A stretch of DNA of 64,000 nucleotides. Source: Octopus vulgaris (Eukaryota). Positions 13,966 through 26,487 of the stretch are shown here, piece by piece. Numbering within the stretch: position 1 is the first letter of the stretch; each line of letters begins with the position of its first letter. The notes below the pieces were generated by a model. It had not been told where the DNA came from and did not search any database. It saw only the letters and a program-made list of their open reading frames with translations. The stretch spans positions 19,158,001-19,222,000 of the forward strand of contig OX597831.1 in the NCBI GenBank assembly GCA_951406725.2, written 5' to 3'. A program made the position numbers and the translations under genes.

Positions 13966-15502
13966 CTGTAAAGAGCAGAAAAATATATTTATATATATTG
14001 ACGAACTTTTAATATAAACAAAAAAGAAAGCAGATTTCGTTTTTTTTTTCTGCTAGTACTTTCATGCTTCACAATTTTAAATGGTATTAGCCAGTCAACG
14101 AACGACATCTCATTATACTTTTCTACGCTTCACTAGTTTCAATCCTTAAACTACAGTTATACAAGAATACCGACGTGAAGACTTTTACTCCAACATGTCG
14201 CAGCTAATGCTCAAATTTGCGACTCGTACTTATTATGTCTTGATTCTCTCCCCTGAACCACTTATTGACCAGGGCATAAACAATCTAACAACTGTTACAA
14301 TGTTCACTCACAAGGCTTTTGTCAGTCCTAGCTTGTACTATGGGTCATTTGCGTAATTTGCCGCGTATGAGATTTCAGCTTGAACCAAAGGATTGCGAGA
14401 TCAGCTTCTTATTGCACAGGTGCTAATTGTTATGTGAATGCTTTTAAATCTAACTACAAAAATCTAGTGATTACTTTGATAGGTTATACCCTTTCTTTTA
14501 TACTATTGCCAGCGTGTTATGATTATTGAAGTCCATATGTATTACTGCGATATGCTATACTTAACGCATGTTAAACTTTCTGTAATATTATCGTAACAAC
14601 ACCAGTTTATAGAACTTCATTTTTAAGGAAGCATTCTCTGAACGCGATAGTGTATATTTTAGATTACAAGCAATGGTGACATGTATTACATATCTATCGC
14701 ATCAACGTCACTGTAAATCGCTCTAATATTCCCCCTAGTGCATTGCAATATCATATTAATACGGGAGAGAGAAAGAGAGTGAGAAATGTCAGCATCTGAT
14801 GTAGGAACTACAATAAAATTTAGTTTGGCATGGACGGTAGGCTTACCCCCAATTCTACTACCACAATTGCGGTTAATAACTATTTTCTCAAATTTACATA
14901 ATCGTAATAATATATGTCAGCATCAGTAGGAACGTACCTGCCGTGGCCTGGAAACAAAGTATTGATATGTTGTGAAAACCATTCACACATCATCAGAAAT
15001 TTTTCCAACACAACATGACAAATGATAGAGTGTACTTTCTATTAAAAATCTTTCGGAACTTTATGGGCCTTCCCGACATCCTGATTGATTTCGTCCACAA
15101 AACACACTGAGAGACTCCTGTACTTTCGGGAATAAAGCAAAAATATTTTTGAAAATTTATGAATTATTCAAATCCCCCTCCAACAGAAAATACTGATTTT
15201 GGCCATTTTTTGTATTGCACTGCGCACTTAAAAACGATAGGAAACGCCTTGAAGATCAAAATAAAATCGAAATATATTGGAATCATTAAAAGTTCCACTT
15301 GCTGCGTTTTCGAGCAGAAATATACCCAGAGGAAATTTATCGTTCTCTGCCCAATATACAAGCCATTATTCTATGCTCTTTTAATTGTCAGCAAGATAGC
15401 AAAGCAATTAGCATACCGGACAAAATGATTTTTGCTCCGAACGCAGTTTAAAATTCTGCCGCTGCCTGCATTCGCATTCATCATTTTGGTGTCGATAAAA
15501 TA

Positions 15503-16709
15503 TCAGGTCACCCCATAAGTTCTGTCCGATTTTACCTTTTTTAAAATTGAATGAAATTGAATTGTATTTTAGAATGTCTAATAGAATTAAAAATTAGTTT
15601 TATGCATTTGTGTCCATTTAAACTAATTAAATGTTATTTTACAGAATAATAGAATTAAAATTTCTTTGATTAAAATCCTTTCTAACATGAAAGTATCAAG
15701 ATAATTTGAGGCACATAATGCTTTATGGGTACAAAAAAGGGAACTCTGCCGCCGGAGAAATTTACACGCAGATTATGGGAAAGAATGCTTGAATGAAAAA
15801 TTTTCCAGCAGATTTTTTGCAAAATTCAGAAGTGGAAATTTCAGGCTTGAAGATGATGATCGAACAGGACGAATTGAAGAATTGAAAAGTTGGCAAAAAA
15901 GCATGGTTCAAACCATGCAACTGTTCATCGTCATCTTCAACAACTTGGAAAGGTTCTTAAACTTGGAAAATGGGTGCCTCATGAATTGTCCGAAAGCATC
16001 CGCAAATCCCGGGTTAACATCTGCTCTTCCCTCCATTATCGCGACGTTATTTCACCCTTTTTGGATAGACTTCTGACTGGTGACGAAAAATGGACATCCT
16101 ATCCTAAAAAGTGGTTTGTTTAAAGGGAAAAAAGCTCAACGAAAACCGAGAAGGGAACTTCATGGAAAAAGCTTTCTTCTCTTTATCGCATGTGATTGCA
16201 AAGGAGTAATTCTAACTTGTTACCACCTAATGCAACAATCAATGCTCAAGTCAGCAATTAGTGTGTTTGAACCAAGCTTTGAAGAAAAAGACCCGCTTTA
16301 GTGAATCGAAAAGGAGTAATGTTTCATCAGGACAATGCGCGACCCCACACTGCAAAGATCACATCAGAGATGATAGAAAAGCTTGAGTGGGAGAAAATCC
16401 TCAACCACCTTATTCTCTTATTTTCCCGACCTTACTCCTTCAGACTACCATTTGTTTTGTAGTTTACAGAATCATTTGTCGGACATAACTTTCGCAAGAC
16501 AGGTCGATGTCGAAACAGATATTTCAGTGATGCTCGCTTTGAAACCAGAAGAGATTTATATTGATGGGATTAAAAAGCTTGTAAATAGATGGAAGGATGT
16601 CATAGATAATCAGGGAAAGTACATTGATGATTAATTTTCAATAAAATATTACATTTGATCACTCGTTCTCTTTATTCAAAATTCAGTTAAAACTTATGGG
16701 ATGACCAGA
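15503..16709 (+). mobile_element. Mariner transposon, decayed, inserted into a SINE
   Basis: TIRs TCAGGTCACCCCATAAGTT / AACTTATGGGATGACCAGA with TA flanks; WVPHEL, TGDEKW, QDNARPH and PDLTPSDYHLF motifs; SINE halves at about 15400-15502 and 16712-16797. Confidence 0.9.
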
Positions 16710-17080
16710 TAAATAACATTCAGGTTTTTGGGGCGCTGCGATCGATTTCCTCCTCTCCTCAAAACTGCCGGAACTGTGCTTAAATTTGAAACCATTATAC
16801 TAGTATCGATTAAAAAATCATGCCAGTAATATACCGCGGATGCACAGAGACTATTAGAGGAAATACTGCAAGCATGGTAGCTGCATCTATGATTGATCTT
16901 GTTACGTCATTGTCGGCAAGTTCTATTTTGTATTATTTTCTATTTAAAAGAAAAGAAACGTAACTAATTAACAAATACTTTCTTTACTAGATTATTCCTT
17001 CAAAGGTGTATTTTAGAGCGGTTCATGTGATCTTATCTTTCTACAATGAAACTATTCTTACTCAAACAATCGTTTCTATT

Positions 17081-17228
17081 TTAGTTAAGACGGGAAGTGT
17101 AAAAGAAATTAAACAAATAGGATTGATGCAAATGACTTATCATAAACTTATGGAAATGAACAAAGTGAAAAAATCTTCTACAATATTTGTCTAATTCTTT
17201 CGTACATCCTTCAAACTTCTTGTAATCT
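17081..17228 (-). CDS. Exon 3 of secreted Cys-rich protein gene A (R-DYKKFEGCTKELDKYCRRFF...RLN*)
   Basis: Acceptor TTTTCATCTTTCAG; phase 2 matches exon 2; continues the Cys pattern. A GTAAGA donor lies 19 nt after the stop (17061). Confidence 0.6.
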
Positions 17229-17274
17229 CTGAAAGATGAAAATATGATTGAATGTTCTCTTCTGATCTAAGTAC

Positions 17275-17400
17275 AAGGACTGAAATTTGGCGGGGGAGGA
17301 TGCCAGTCGATTAGCTCGACCTCAGTACGTAACTGGTACTTAATTTATCGACCCCGAAATTATGAAAGGCAAAGTTGACCCCAGTGGACATTTGAACTCA
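17275..17400 (-). mobile_element. SINE family 2 fragment
   Basis: AACTGGTACTTAATTTATCGACCCCGAAA..GAAAGGCAAAGTTGACC shared with 43.3-43.7 kb and 46.2-47.1 kb. Confidence 0.75.
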
Positions 17401-18038
17401 AAAAACATGATTAAATGTTATACATTCAGCGTTTTTGCATTGTTTATAATTCTACCCTCTAATTTCCTCTAATATCAACTCTATTCCGGGCTGAAACTCT
17501 CTTTTTCTGTGGGTGAATCATAAGTAGCAAGATCAAATGCAATACTCGGGTATTTCAAAAATATAAACTGTCAAACACGTAGTTTAGTAACAATAGGCAA
17601 CACCGCAAGAAAGAACATTATTTCAGCCAGATATATTATCCAGGCATTGGACTTTTGAAGTTGTGGAAACAAACCTAGTGAAATTTCGTTTCAATATAAA
17701 TAAAAAATACGTGCTATGATTCACATTTAAGTGAGTGCTGCCTAACACATTCTGTGGGGTCATTTCACTTATTTGAAATGGGTATGTAAACAACCAAAAT
17801 ACCGTTCGAGTGGCCCAATACACTTTGTTCAAACTAGTTTAGTTTAAACCATACTAATATAATGTCTCAACAATTGTAAACGGATAAAAAGTTATAGTCA
17901 GTTTCATCGACTGAATACTATTTAATTATATCGATCATATTGAAAACAATACAAGCTTTACAACAAAAAACATCTGCCATAAAATTGCTCGATTAATCCT
18001 ACCCGTAACACCAAGAGTAGCAGTACGATCGTATATAC

Positions 18039-18129
18039 CTGCAGAATTCCGTTTTCGAATCAATTGCTGGATAGCTTGACGCACACATCGCTGAGGCCAC
18101 GTCTATGCATACAACTGACAACGCAACAT
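18039..18129 (-). CDS. Exon 2 of secreted Cys-rich protein gene A (D-VALSVVCIDVASAMCASSYPAIDSKTEFC-R)
   Basis: TTTTTAG acceptor, CAG/GTATAT donor, 91 nt, phase 1 to 2; joins exons 1 and 3 in frame and completes the signal peptide. Confidence 0.65.
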
Positions 18130-19322
18130 CTAAAAATTTGAAAATGTATTTGAAATTCTGAAATTATTTTTACGACAGTGAATTTATGCTGCAAAACAAA
18201 ACCATAATTTCCGTTTATGTACAATTCCTATTACTAAGAGAAGAGACATATGGCGGTTGTTGGCCTGATTTTGCGAAGTTATGCGTATGAGGTTAACGTT
18301 TCAAAATGTTCCGTGTTGGGTAGAACTTTTTTCAGGGTATTTCACAATGGTCCAATCTGCAAATTGTTTCTCATAATTTTTTAAATAATTCTCAAACTAA
18401 TAAGTGTGTGATTTAAGGTTGAATTAGCTGTTTTTTTTAGTAAATCCAACAAACACCTGATACCTTTCTCATTTCTTTCTCATATGTATTGATATGTTTT
18501 TAATATTTTGCCCCCAAAACTCATTTTAGCGAATGATGGTGCAGTGATTAATTGTCGGGATTTAAGCAAAGCAAAAATAAAAAAATAAAAGTAATTGAAA
18601 TTTCTGATCAGCCATCCTGCCCCAAGAGGGGCGGTTAGAAAAAGCAAAGTTACTATTCTATGAAAACAAATTATTTTTCACAAAACATTTTTAGAACACC
18701 CTATCACCCTAATGAAAGTCTTTGCACATATGTATACACACATACTGAGAAGCACGCAATGAGCTTGAGCTATATACGTTTATGGAGAATGAGAATGTAG
18801 AAAAAATGTATTGAGAGGGGGAATGTTTACCATGAAAATAGCCAAAAATTAATGTAATAGAGAAAGAGAGATTACTTCTCTGTTGCAGATTTTGAAATTT
18901 TAAACTTAAAATTTTTCAAATTTGATACATTGATGTAGCTTTACTCGTTGAATTCGAATTTGTGATTAATTTATTCCTTAATTGTTTAGTAAAATGTTGT
19001 AAGTTTTAACATTTTGAATATCTATTTGAATATCTATTTGTACAGGATAGGTGTGATAAAATGAAAGTAAAATTTAGAATACGAAGCATTCCAACGACAC
19101 AATACATATGCGCAGAGACAGCGTAATCAAGAGTGTGGTGTATAAGTGAAAGACAGATAGATAGAAGGAGGAGAACACAGGGAATTAGAGAAAGACTGCA
19201 AGAGAGTTGTCGATCTAGAAGTTGAGTTATGTTTCGTATATTGTGACGCAGATTTTGCGAATTAAATTCGATTTATGCCTAGCTGCATATATTCGCATTT
19301 ATATAGTGTATATATACAGGGT

Positions 19323-20441
19323 CCTATACCTTCAGAACGTCCGACGACGGAGTGTTCCTCCACACCAGGGCTGATGGTGGATTGTTCAATCTTGCGCGCC
19401 TCAGAGCTAAGACCAAAGTCCGTCAGGTGCTGATCAGAGAGATCCTCTTTGCTGACGATGCCGCCCTAACATCACACAACCAGCCGGGTCTCCAGAGGCT
19501 GGTTAGCTCCCTAGCGGATGCCTGCCAAGAGTTAGGCCTTACCATCGGCCTGAAAAAGACAGAGATCATGGGCCAGGACGTCGGAGGGGTCCCCAGCATC
19601 ACTGTCGGCGACCACAGCTTGCAGGTGGTGAAAGATTTCACTTACCTGGGATCGACGATCTCCGGCAGCCTGTCCCTCGAGCCGGAGCTGAACAGACGGA
19701 TTGGGAAGGCTGCTGCTGCCATGGCTAAGCTCTCCAGGAGAGTGTGGGAAAACAACATGCTCACAATAACCACCAAGATCGCAGTGTACCGAGCCTGCGT
19801 GCTGAGCACCCTACTCTACGGCAGCGAGAGCTGGACAACATACACCCGGCAAGAATGCCGCCTCAACGGCTTCCACATGCGGTGTCTTCGACGGATCCTT
19901 GGCATCTCCTGGAAGGACCGAGTACCAAACGGAGTCATCCTAGAACAGACTAATATGCCAAGCATGCATGCCCTCCTCGTGCAGAGACGACTGCGCTGGC
20001 TCGGACACGTCTGCCGCATGCAGGACGGTCGCATGCCTAAAGACATCCTGTACAGCGAACTCACCACGGGATCCCGACCCAAGGGACGTCCACAGCTACG
20101 ATACAGGGATGTGTGCAAGCGCGACCTGAGGACTGCCAACATCTGTGTGGACACGTGGGAGGTAACAGCTGCTGACCGCTCTGCCTGGCGTCGGACAGTG
20201 AGGAAAGGCGTTTCCATAGCTGAGGAAAGGAGAGAACAGCTGTGGTCGGACAGGCGGGACAGGAGGAGGACAACTGCAGCAACACCCCACACGTACCCAT
20301 CGATGTTCGTGTGCAGCAACTGTACCAGGGACTGCCACTCTAGAATTGGACTGTTCAGTCACAGCAGACGCTGCTCATCATCAAAGTAGGCCCCACCCTT
20401 GGCGCGACCCATTGTCTATCAAGACAGACGGGGAAAAGAAG
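19323..20441 (+). mobile_element. 5'-truncated RTE (BovB-like) LINE, young
   Basis: 11-bp TSD ATATACAGGGT (19312-19322 and 20442-20452); AAG-rich tail; much more GC-rich than its flanks. Confidence 0.92.
19352..20389 (+). CDS. C-terminal part of RTE reverse transcriptase ORF (open frame)
   Basis: LFNLARLRAKTK, LFADD, FTYLGS, LLYGSESW, LRWLGHV and terminal CxxC..SRIGLFSH..C motifs. Confidence 0.9.
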   Translation: MFLHTRADGGLFNLARLRAKTKVRQVLIREILFADDAALTSHNQPGLQRLVSSLADACQELGLTIGLKKTEIMGQDVGGVPSITVGDHSLQVVKDFTYLGSTISGSLSLEPELNRRIGKAAAAMAKLSRRVWENNMLTITTKIAVYRACVLSTLLYGSESWTTYTRQECRLNGFHMRCLRRILGISWKDRVPNGVILEQTNMPSMHALLVQRRLRWLGHVCRMQDGRMPKDILYSELTTGSRPKGRPQLRYRDVCKRDLRTANICVDTWEVTAADRSAWRRTVRKGVSIAEERREQLWSDRRDRRRTTAATPHTYPSMFVCSNCTRDCHSRIGLFSHSRRCSSSK

Positions 20442-20446
20442 ATATA

Positions 20447-21731
20447 CAGGGTGGGGAAGCAAAATTTACAATATTTTGAGGCAGGGATTGAAAGACATTG
20501 TATGACTAATCAGTTTATTGAAAGTCATGAGAATTATTTGCCACAAGAAAATTTACATAACAGAAAATGTTTTTATTCTGTGTCCTTCTTTCTCAATAAC
20601 TGCCATCACACGCTTCCTGGATCTTGTGCAAGTGTTCCTCAAATATTTGGGAGACAAAGTCTCCCATTCTTCATTAATAGTATCTTTAAGAGAGTCGACA
20701 TTACTGTGTGATGTTCTATTGGTAGCATGTTCTAAAACGCCCCAAATAGCATAATCCAGAGGGTTTAGATCTGGGCTAGAAGGTGGCCATAAACAGGATT
20801 CTCAAAAATTGCTAAAGTTGGGTTTGCAGAAATCTTGTATTTTTCTAGCTGTGTGGGCTGGAGCACCATCCTGTGTCCATACATAATTGCCATCTGGGTA
20901 GTTTGCTTTAAGCCATGGCAATACCTGGTATATCAGAGTCTTGTAGTAAGTATTAACATTGATCTTTTCATAAGCTTTGTAGAAATTTATACGCACTTTC
21001 TTTTTATCGGAAACCAACAACACCAAAAGCCATAACTTGAGCAGGATGTTTTGTTTTGAATGTCCCCTTAACCTCAGCTGTTGATTTTGCAATAAATCTA
21101 TCCTTTCTGCGGTTCAGAACAGCATTGACACTGAAGATCTTCTCATCTAAAAAGATCGTTACAATGGAGGACTTTTTCTTGAACCATGTAATAATTTTCT
21201 TGCACCTTTCCAATCTCTTTTCCATCATAGCTGTTGTCAACAAGTGTTTTGGTGTTCTTGTGTACGATTTTAACCTCAAATCATATTTTACTGCATTTCT
21301 AATGGTCTTGTTGACTACCTCAAGTTCAGTTGCCATTTTTCTCATGGATTTGGTTGGATCCTTTAGGAAGTTGGATTTCAGAGCTTTAATAAAAGCTTTG
21401 GTACATATTTGTTGATTCCTCCACTTCCAGACCTCGTCATAATAGTTTTGCTCATAGTCATTCTATTCTTTACATTATAAACAGTCTTTATGGACACTCC
21501 AACTATCCTTGAAATCTCCTTTAGTGTGACGAGTACATTCACCAAATCACACACTCTTTGACATTTGCTTTCCTGATTACTCATATGGGTAAATGTTTCT
21601 GAAAAGGTAACGATAATAGTGTTAGATATGATTACGACATCAATATATGCTAGGTTTCAAAACAATTGACTTAGTGCCTGCTGAGAAAAAAAACAACTTA
21701 TCGTTCATTGTAAATTTTGCTTCCCCATCCC

Positions 21732-21732
<1 letters not shown>
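20447..21732 (-). mobile_element. maT (DD37D) Tc1/mariner transposon, decayed
   Basis: TIRs CAGGGTGGGGAAGCAAAATTTACAAT / ATTGTAAATTTTGCTTCCCCATCCCG with TA flanks; FLDEKIF and QD-(37 aa)-DY with WPPSSPDLNPLDY. Confidence 0.9.
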
Positions 21733-21791
<59 letters not shown>

Positions 21792-22624
21792 AGATCTATT
21801 TGAATTAGATGCTTAAGTTGGAACACCAAATTAGTGCGGTGTGATCCGGACAACTCAAACTAAGGCGAATACGATCAAATTAAGCAACAAGATATCAAGA
21901 GGTGATGCAGTACTACGACCGTTTCAAGCTGCTCCATGTAATTAAACAATGCTATCATTACATCAATTTAAATGCAGGGCTATTCATATCTGCGTAAATA
22001 AATAAAAAATAATTTTTAATCAGATTGACATATTAGGCGCAGGATTTGCTCTGTAATGATACTAAGTGTGCCGTAATAAAATCAAACACGCATCCAAATT
22101 TACTGTTCGAATAACAAATTTATGTTAACTTATTTTAGATTAACATAGGTTATATTGATCCCAGAAACTTGGAAATGAATCATCTGCATCACTATACTAA
22201 ACAAAGCTGAAATTTGACGTTGATCTATTGCTTAAACAATTAATTCTTCGGCAAACAGTCACCACAAACATGTCTCGGTACTAGTGACCTGCAAATGTTC
22301 TAGCATTCTCCATTACATCTTAGTTTAGACTCACTCTTGCCTCAAAATGTTACCCCACATTCTACGTTCCCACCTTTAGCAGATGAATTTTACTATATTG
22401 AAAACAGTGCTAAAATTTGACAACATGAACCTACACAAATTGATTTACAATCAATTTATACAAAAGCTGTGCAGCCGTTCACGTATTCATCTAACGGTGT
22501 CAACGTGTCACTGTAGAAATAGGAAGCTATTACCATCTGTCCAATATGAAACAAAATACCCGAAGAAATTATGAGTAGAAACCAACAAGATGGCTACCGT
22601 TAGATGGCATGCAATTGGTTATAA

Positions 22625-22691
<67 letters not shown>

Positions 22692-22693
<2 letters not shown>

Positions 22694-23739
22694 ATTCTCA
22701 GCGGATACTCCAAATAGGGTTTGTGTGTCAATCTGAGGACAGTGCAGAGGATTCGTAATGAAATGGATGTGTCTAATTGGGAATACGAAGGAACGGCAGA
22801 TCGGAAAACTGACTATGAACGTTCTCATAAGAAAAGAACTCCTGAATTTATTGGTAAGATCCGGGCAATGATTAACAACGATCCCTCCATGTCAATTAGG
22901 TCCATCGGTTAGGGACATGGGATTGATTGTCTGAGTTTCTTATAAGGCAGGTAGTGTATGAAGATATTCCATATTCCTTATACAAGATTCGAAAGGGCCA
23001 TAAAGGGCGAGAGGGCCATCAAGGGCGAAAGGGTCATGAAACAGAAGAAACAAAACGCGCTACGAAGCTTTGGAACAAACTCAAGTGTCCCCTCCAACAA
23101 AGCATGCTTTGGAATGTCTCCAACGAGAAAAATTTCTACCAGGACCAGATGGTGAGCATACAAAACAACCGTTGCCTTACAATGTTCCTAAAACATGAAC
23201 CGATTGTGATAAAAATTAAACTTTTAGTCAATATTATGGCGTTTCGAGTGATCACTAGTGATGGCGACGTTATGCCTCCATTCATCTTCCCACGTGGTCT
23301 CAGATTCAACACGGATGCCTTCATCAAGAGCTTGAAGGTAATAGCAGAACCCAGTTATGTCTGTCGAACAATTTCTGCGATCACATCGCTCCTAAAATCT
23401 AGCCACCTAACGTTCCAGACCGCAACCCATTTGATCATCATATGTGGGGTACAGTTGAGCGAGAAACCAATAAAACTCCTTGTAACCAAAGATAAACCAA
23501 AGATAAAGGCAAAGATTATTGACCGACTTAATCAAAGAGTGTTTCCAGAAATGTTGCAGGAGTTTCCGAAGTCATCTGGAAGCTGTGACTGAAATTAATG
23601 GCGATTTCATTGAATGAATTTACTCTTTAGTATTTCAATATATTTTTTTGTAATGTTGGTAAATATATCTGTTAAAATGAGATGTCAGTGATATTTTCGT
23701 TTTTGCGTAATTTAGGGACAAGTTGATCACCACACCCTG
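22692..23739 (+). mobile_element. maT-like transposon remnant (left end lost)
   Basis: RTVQRIR, SNEKNF and ITSDGDVMPPFIFPRGLR fragments; right TIR ...CACCACACCCTG-TA. Confidence 0.8.
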
Positions 23740-24096
23740 TATGCATGTGTGTGCGCGGGGTGTGTTTATGCGTGTGTTAATAATTCTAAGTTCATTTGCG
23801 TATAAATATTTCAGTTTGTCCTATAAAGTTCATCCAATGAAAGTGTCTCTGTCTCTCTGACATGTACAATTCACTCTAACTGAGAAGATTTTTACTACAA
23901 AAAAGCTACAAAATTATATCAATGATTTCTGATCAAGAAAAGCAGTTTTGAGGAACATACTTTCAAAACATTGCATAATATATTTATATAGTCAGAAAGA
24001 TCAAGTTCAAGTCAAACAATTATAAATTGTTATAATCAAAGGAAAAGCTCACATCATTTCCCCCTTTCTCGCTCTCTCTCTCTCTCTCTCTCTATA

Positions 24097-24142
<46 letters not shown>

Positions 24143-24986
24143 CCATAGCAGGCGTTGGAGTGTATATTGATTTAGTGTCGTTTACTTCAACAAACTTCGA
24201 ATACCACCGCACTACCATAGTAGTATAAGGGCCTACCTTGATAAGATGGTTTAGACAAAGTATATCAACTACATTTATAGGACCTCAGGTCACTAATCTC
24301 TTGGTTAGTATCGCCTGCTGGCAATATTTTCCCGTTGATAAATATAAGTATGCAAAGTTTCTATGTTCGTACAGCTTTCCCGCGTACGGAATTTACATTG
24401 TCTATAATTTAGCAAACACTTTCCATGCTCACAACATTTATTTTTTTAAAAAAATATTATTTTCGGCTTTAAACGAGCAACCGTCGATGAATTAAGAATA
24501 GTCGTTGAAAGGTAATACGCAGAAATGCATAACAATGTTTTCTTTCTTTTTTTTCTTTTTTTTTTGCATTTCAGTTGCTTCAGGTTAGCAACTGGAGGAG
24601 CACCAGAGAGCAGATTGATTTGAAAAAAATACCTTTAAAAAATTCAAATTGTGTCTGTAGATTACTTTTTGAAAATAGAATGCATTTCAATAAAAACAAT
24701 GCTGATCCATCAGACATTCTATGCGGGTATGTGGACGGAAATCTTTAGAAAGTATTCTGTGTATATTAATATATGTATATCACCGAACCTGGAGCTTAAC
24801 TATAGTCTATTAGTCTATGCATATTTACTCATCATTACCTGATACCTTTGGGTCTTATTGATATTACATCTCATAAACCCCCTATATGTATATATATATA
24901 TATACATATATATATAAAGATATATAGACAGAGATAGATAGATAGATAGATAAGTATACGTGTATGTATATATATATGTTTATGAA

Positions 24987-25037
<51 letters not shown>

Positions 25038-25265
25038 TTATTTATATATATATATATATGTATATATGTATATGTACACATATGCATATATATTCTTATA
25101 TGTATATTCAGATAGATGTGTATGTATATACATGAACATATATATTTATATGTATATATGCATATATACGTATATATATATATGTGTGTGTGTGTGTATG
25201 TGTGTGCGCGTGTGTCCCTGCGTTTGTTTTTTTTATGCGTGCGCGCTCTTATGTGTGTGTGTATT

Positions 25266-25308
<43 letters not shown>

Positions 25309-25436
25309 AAACCAGGACTAAAATCAAGTGACAGATTGGATATGTTCATTTGTTACTGAAACTGTCTCCATATTCCATGCAACAAATGAAAAAGAGTGAA
25401 GAAAAATTCAGATTTAATCCTCGTATGGCTACTTAC

Positions 25437-25473
25437 CAACAGTGAGAAGCAAAAGAAATATAAAATATTTCAT
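25437..25473 (-). CDS. Exon 1 of secreted Cys-rich protein gene A (signal peptide MKYFIFLLLLTV)
   Basis: ATG at 25473; phase-1 GTAAGT donor; splices in frame to 18129. Confidence 0.65.
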
Positions 25474-25499
25474 CTTGATTTTTCGCTTTGAATTCAACT

Positions 25500-25546
25500 C
25501 CTCTTCATATTGTGACAACGTACACGTATCTTTTACTTATATATAA
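25500..25546 (-). promoter_or_regulatory. Putative core promoter of gene A (TATATAA box and CACAATATGAA leader)
   Basis: TATA-like box about 65-70 nt before the ATG; CACAATATGAA also precedes the paralogous exon at 40166. Confidence 0.45.
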
Positions 25547-25995
25547 TTAAGAATTGTGTAACACCTGTTTAAACCGAACAACACGACATATAAATTTCAT
25601 ATATGACATGTGGTAGTACTTGAATTGTTATTTTTATGAATAGTAGTTGGTACGTTATCAGCTGATGTATATGCTATGTCTGTTTTATTGATACATATTT
25701 TTGCAAATTGAAATAAACCATCCTTTTTCTTCATTTTGTGTTTAAGATCCTAGCGAATGACTGAACATTTTACACTCACCGTCGCACAATGTAAAATAAT
25801 TTTACGTTTAAAATGAACATGTGTGTATACGTACATAGTGAAATACGTCAGTATTACATACATATATATATATATGATAGGGGTATAGATTCGTAAGCGT
25901 ACGACAGCGGTTTCAATACGTGGACAGATCACTGTGTTTTGAGTAAAACACTTCATTTCATGGCTTGAAAAGATCAAGGATGGCTCGTTTCTTAT

Positions 25996-26350
25996 AGGAA
26001 CAGGCGTGGCTCTGTGCTAAGAAGTAGGCTTTCGAACCGCGTGTTTTCAGGTCTAGCATCTCTGCGAGAATGGATTTGGTAGACGGAAACTGAATGAAAC
26101 CCGTAGTATATATGTATGTGGGTATGTGTGTGTGAGCATGCGTCTGTGTGTGCGCGTGTATCTTTGTGTCCCCTTTCCCGGCGACCACTTCACAAACGGT
26201 GTTGGCGTATATAAGTTCCCATAACATAAGTACGAGTTTTAAGGAAAACAGAATAATCACTGTGGTCGATTCGGTCGACTTAAAATTCTTCTAGACGGAA
26301 CCTGCAGCACGACCGCATTCTAGTGACTGGAAAAAGTAAAAGATAAAAAA
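25996..26350 (+). mobile_element. tRNA-derived SINE, family 1 (duplicate of 2339-2692)
   Basis: Part of the duplicated segment. Confidence 0.8.
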
Positions 26351-26382
26351 TGAAAGCACACACATATATATATATATATATG

Positions 26383-26433
<51 letters not shown>

Positions 26434-26454
26434 GTATATATATATATGTATATA

Positions 26455-26487
<33 letters not shown>

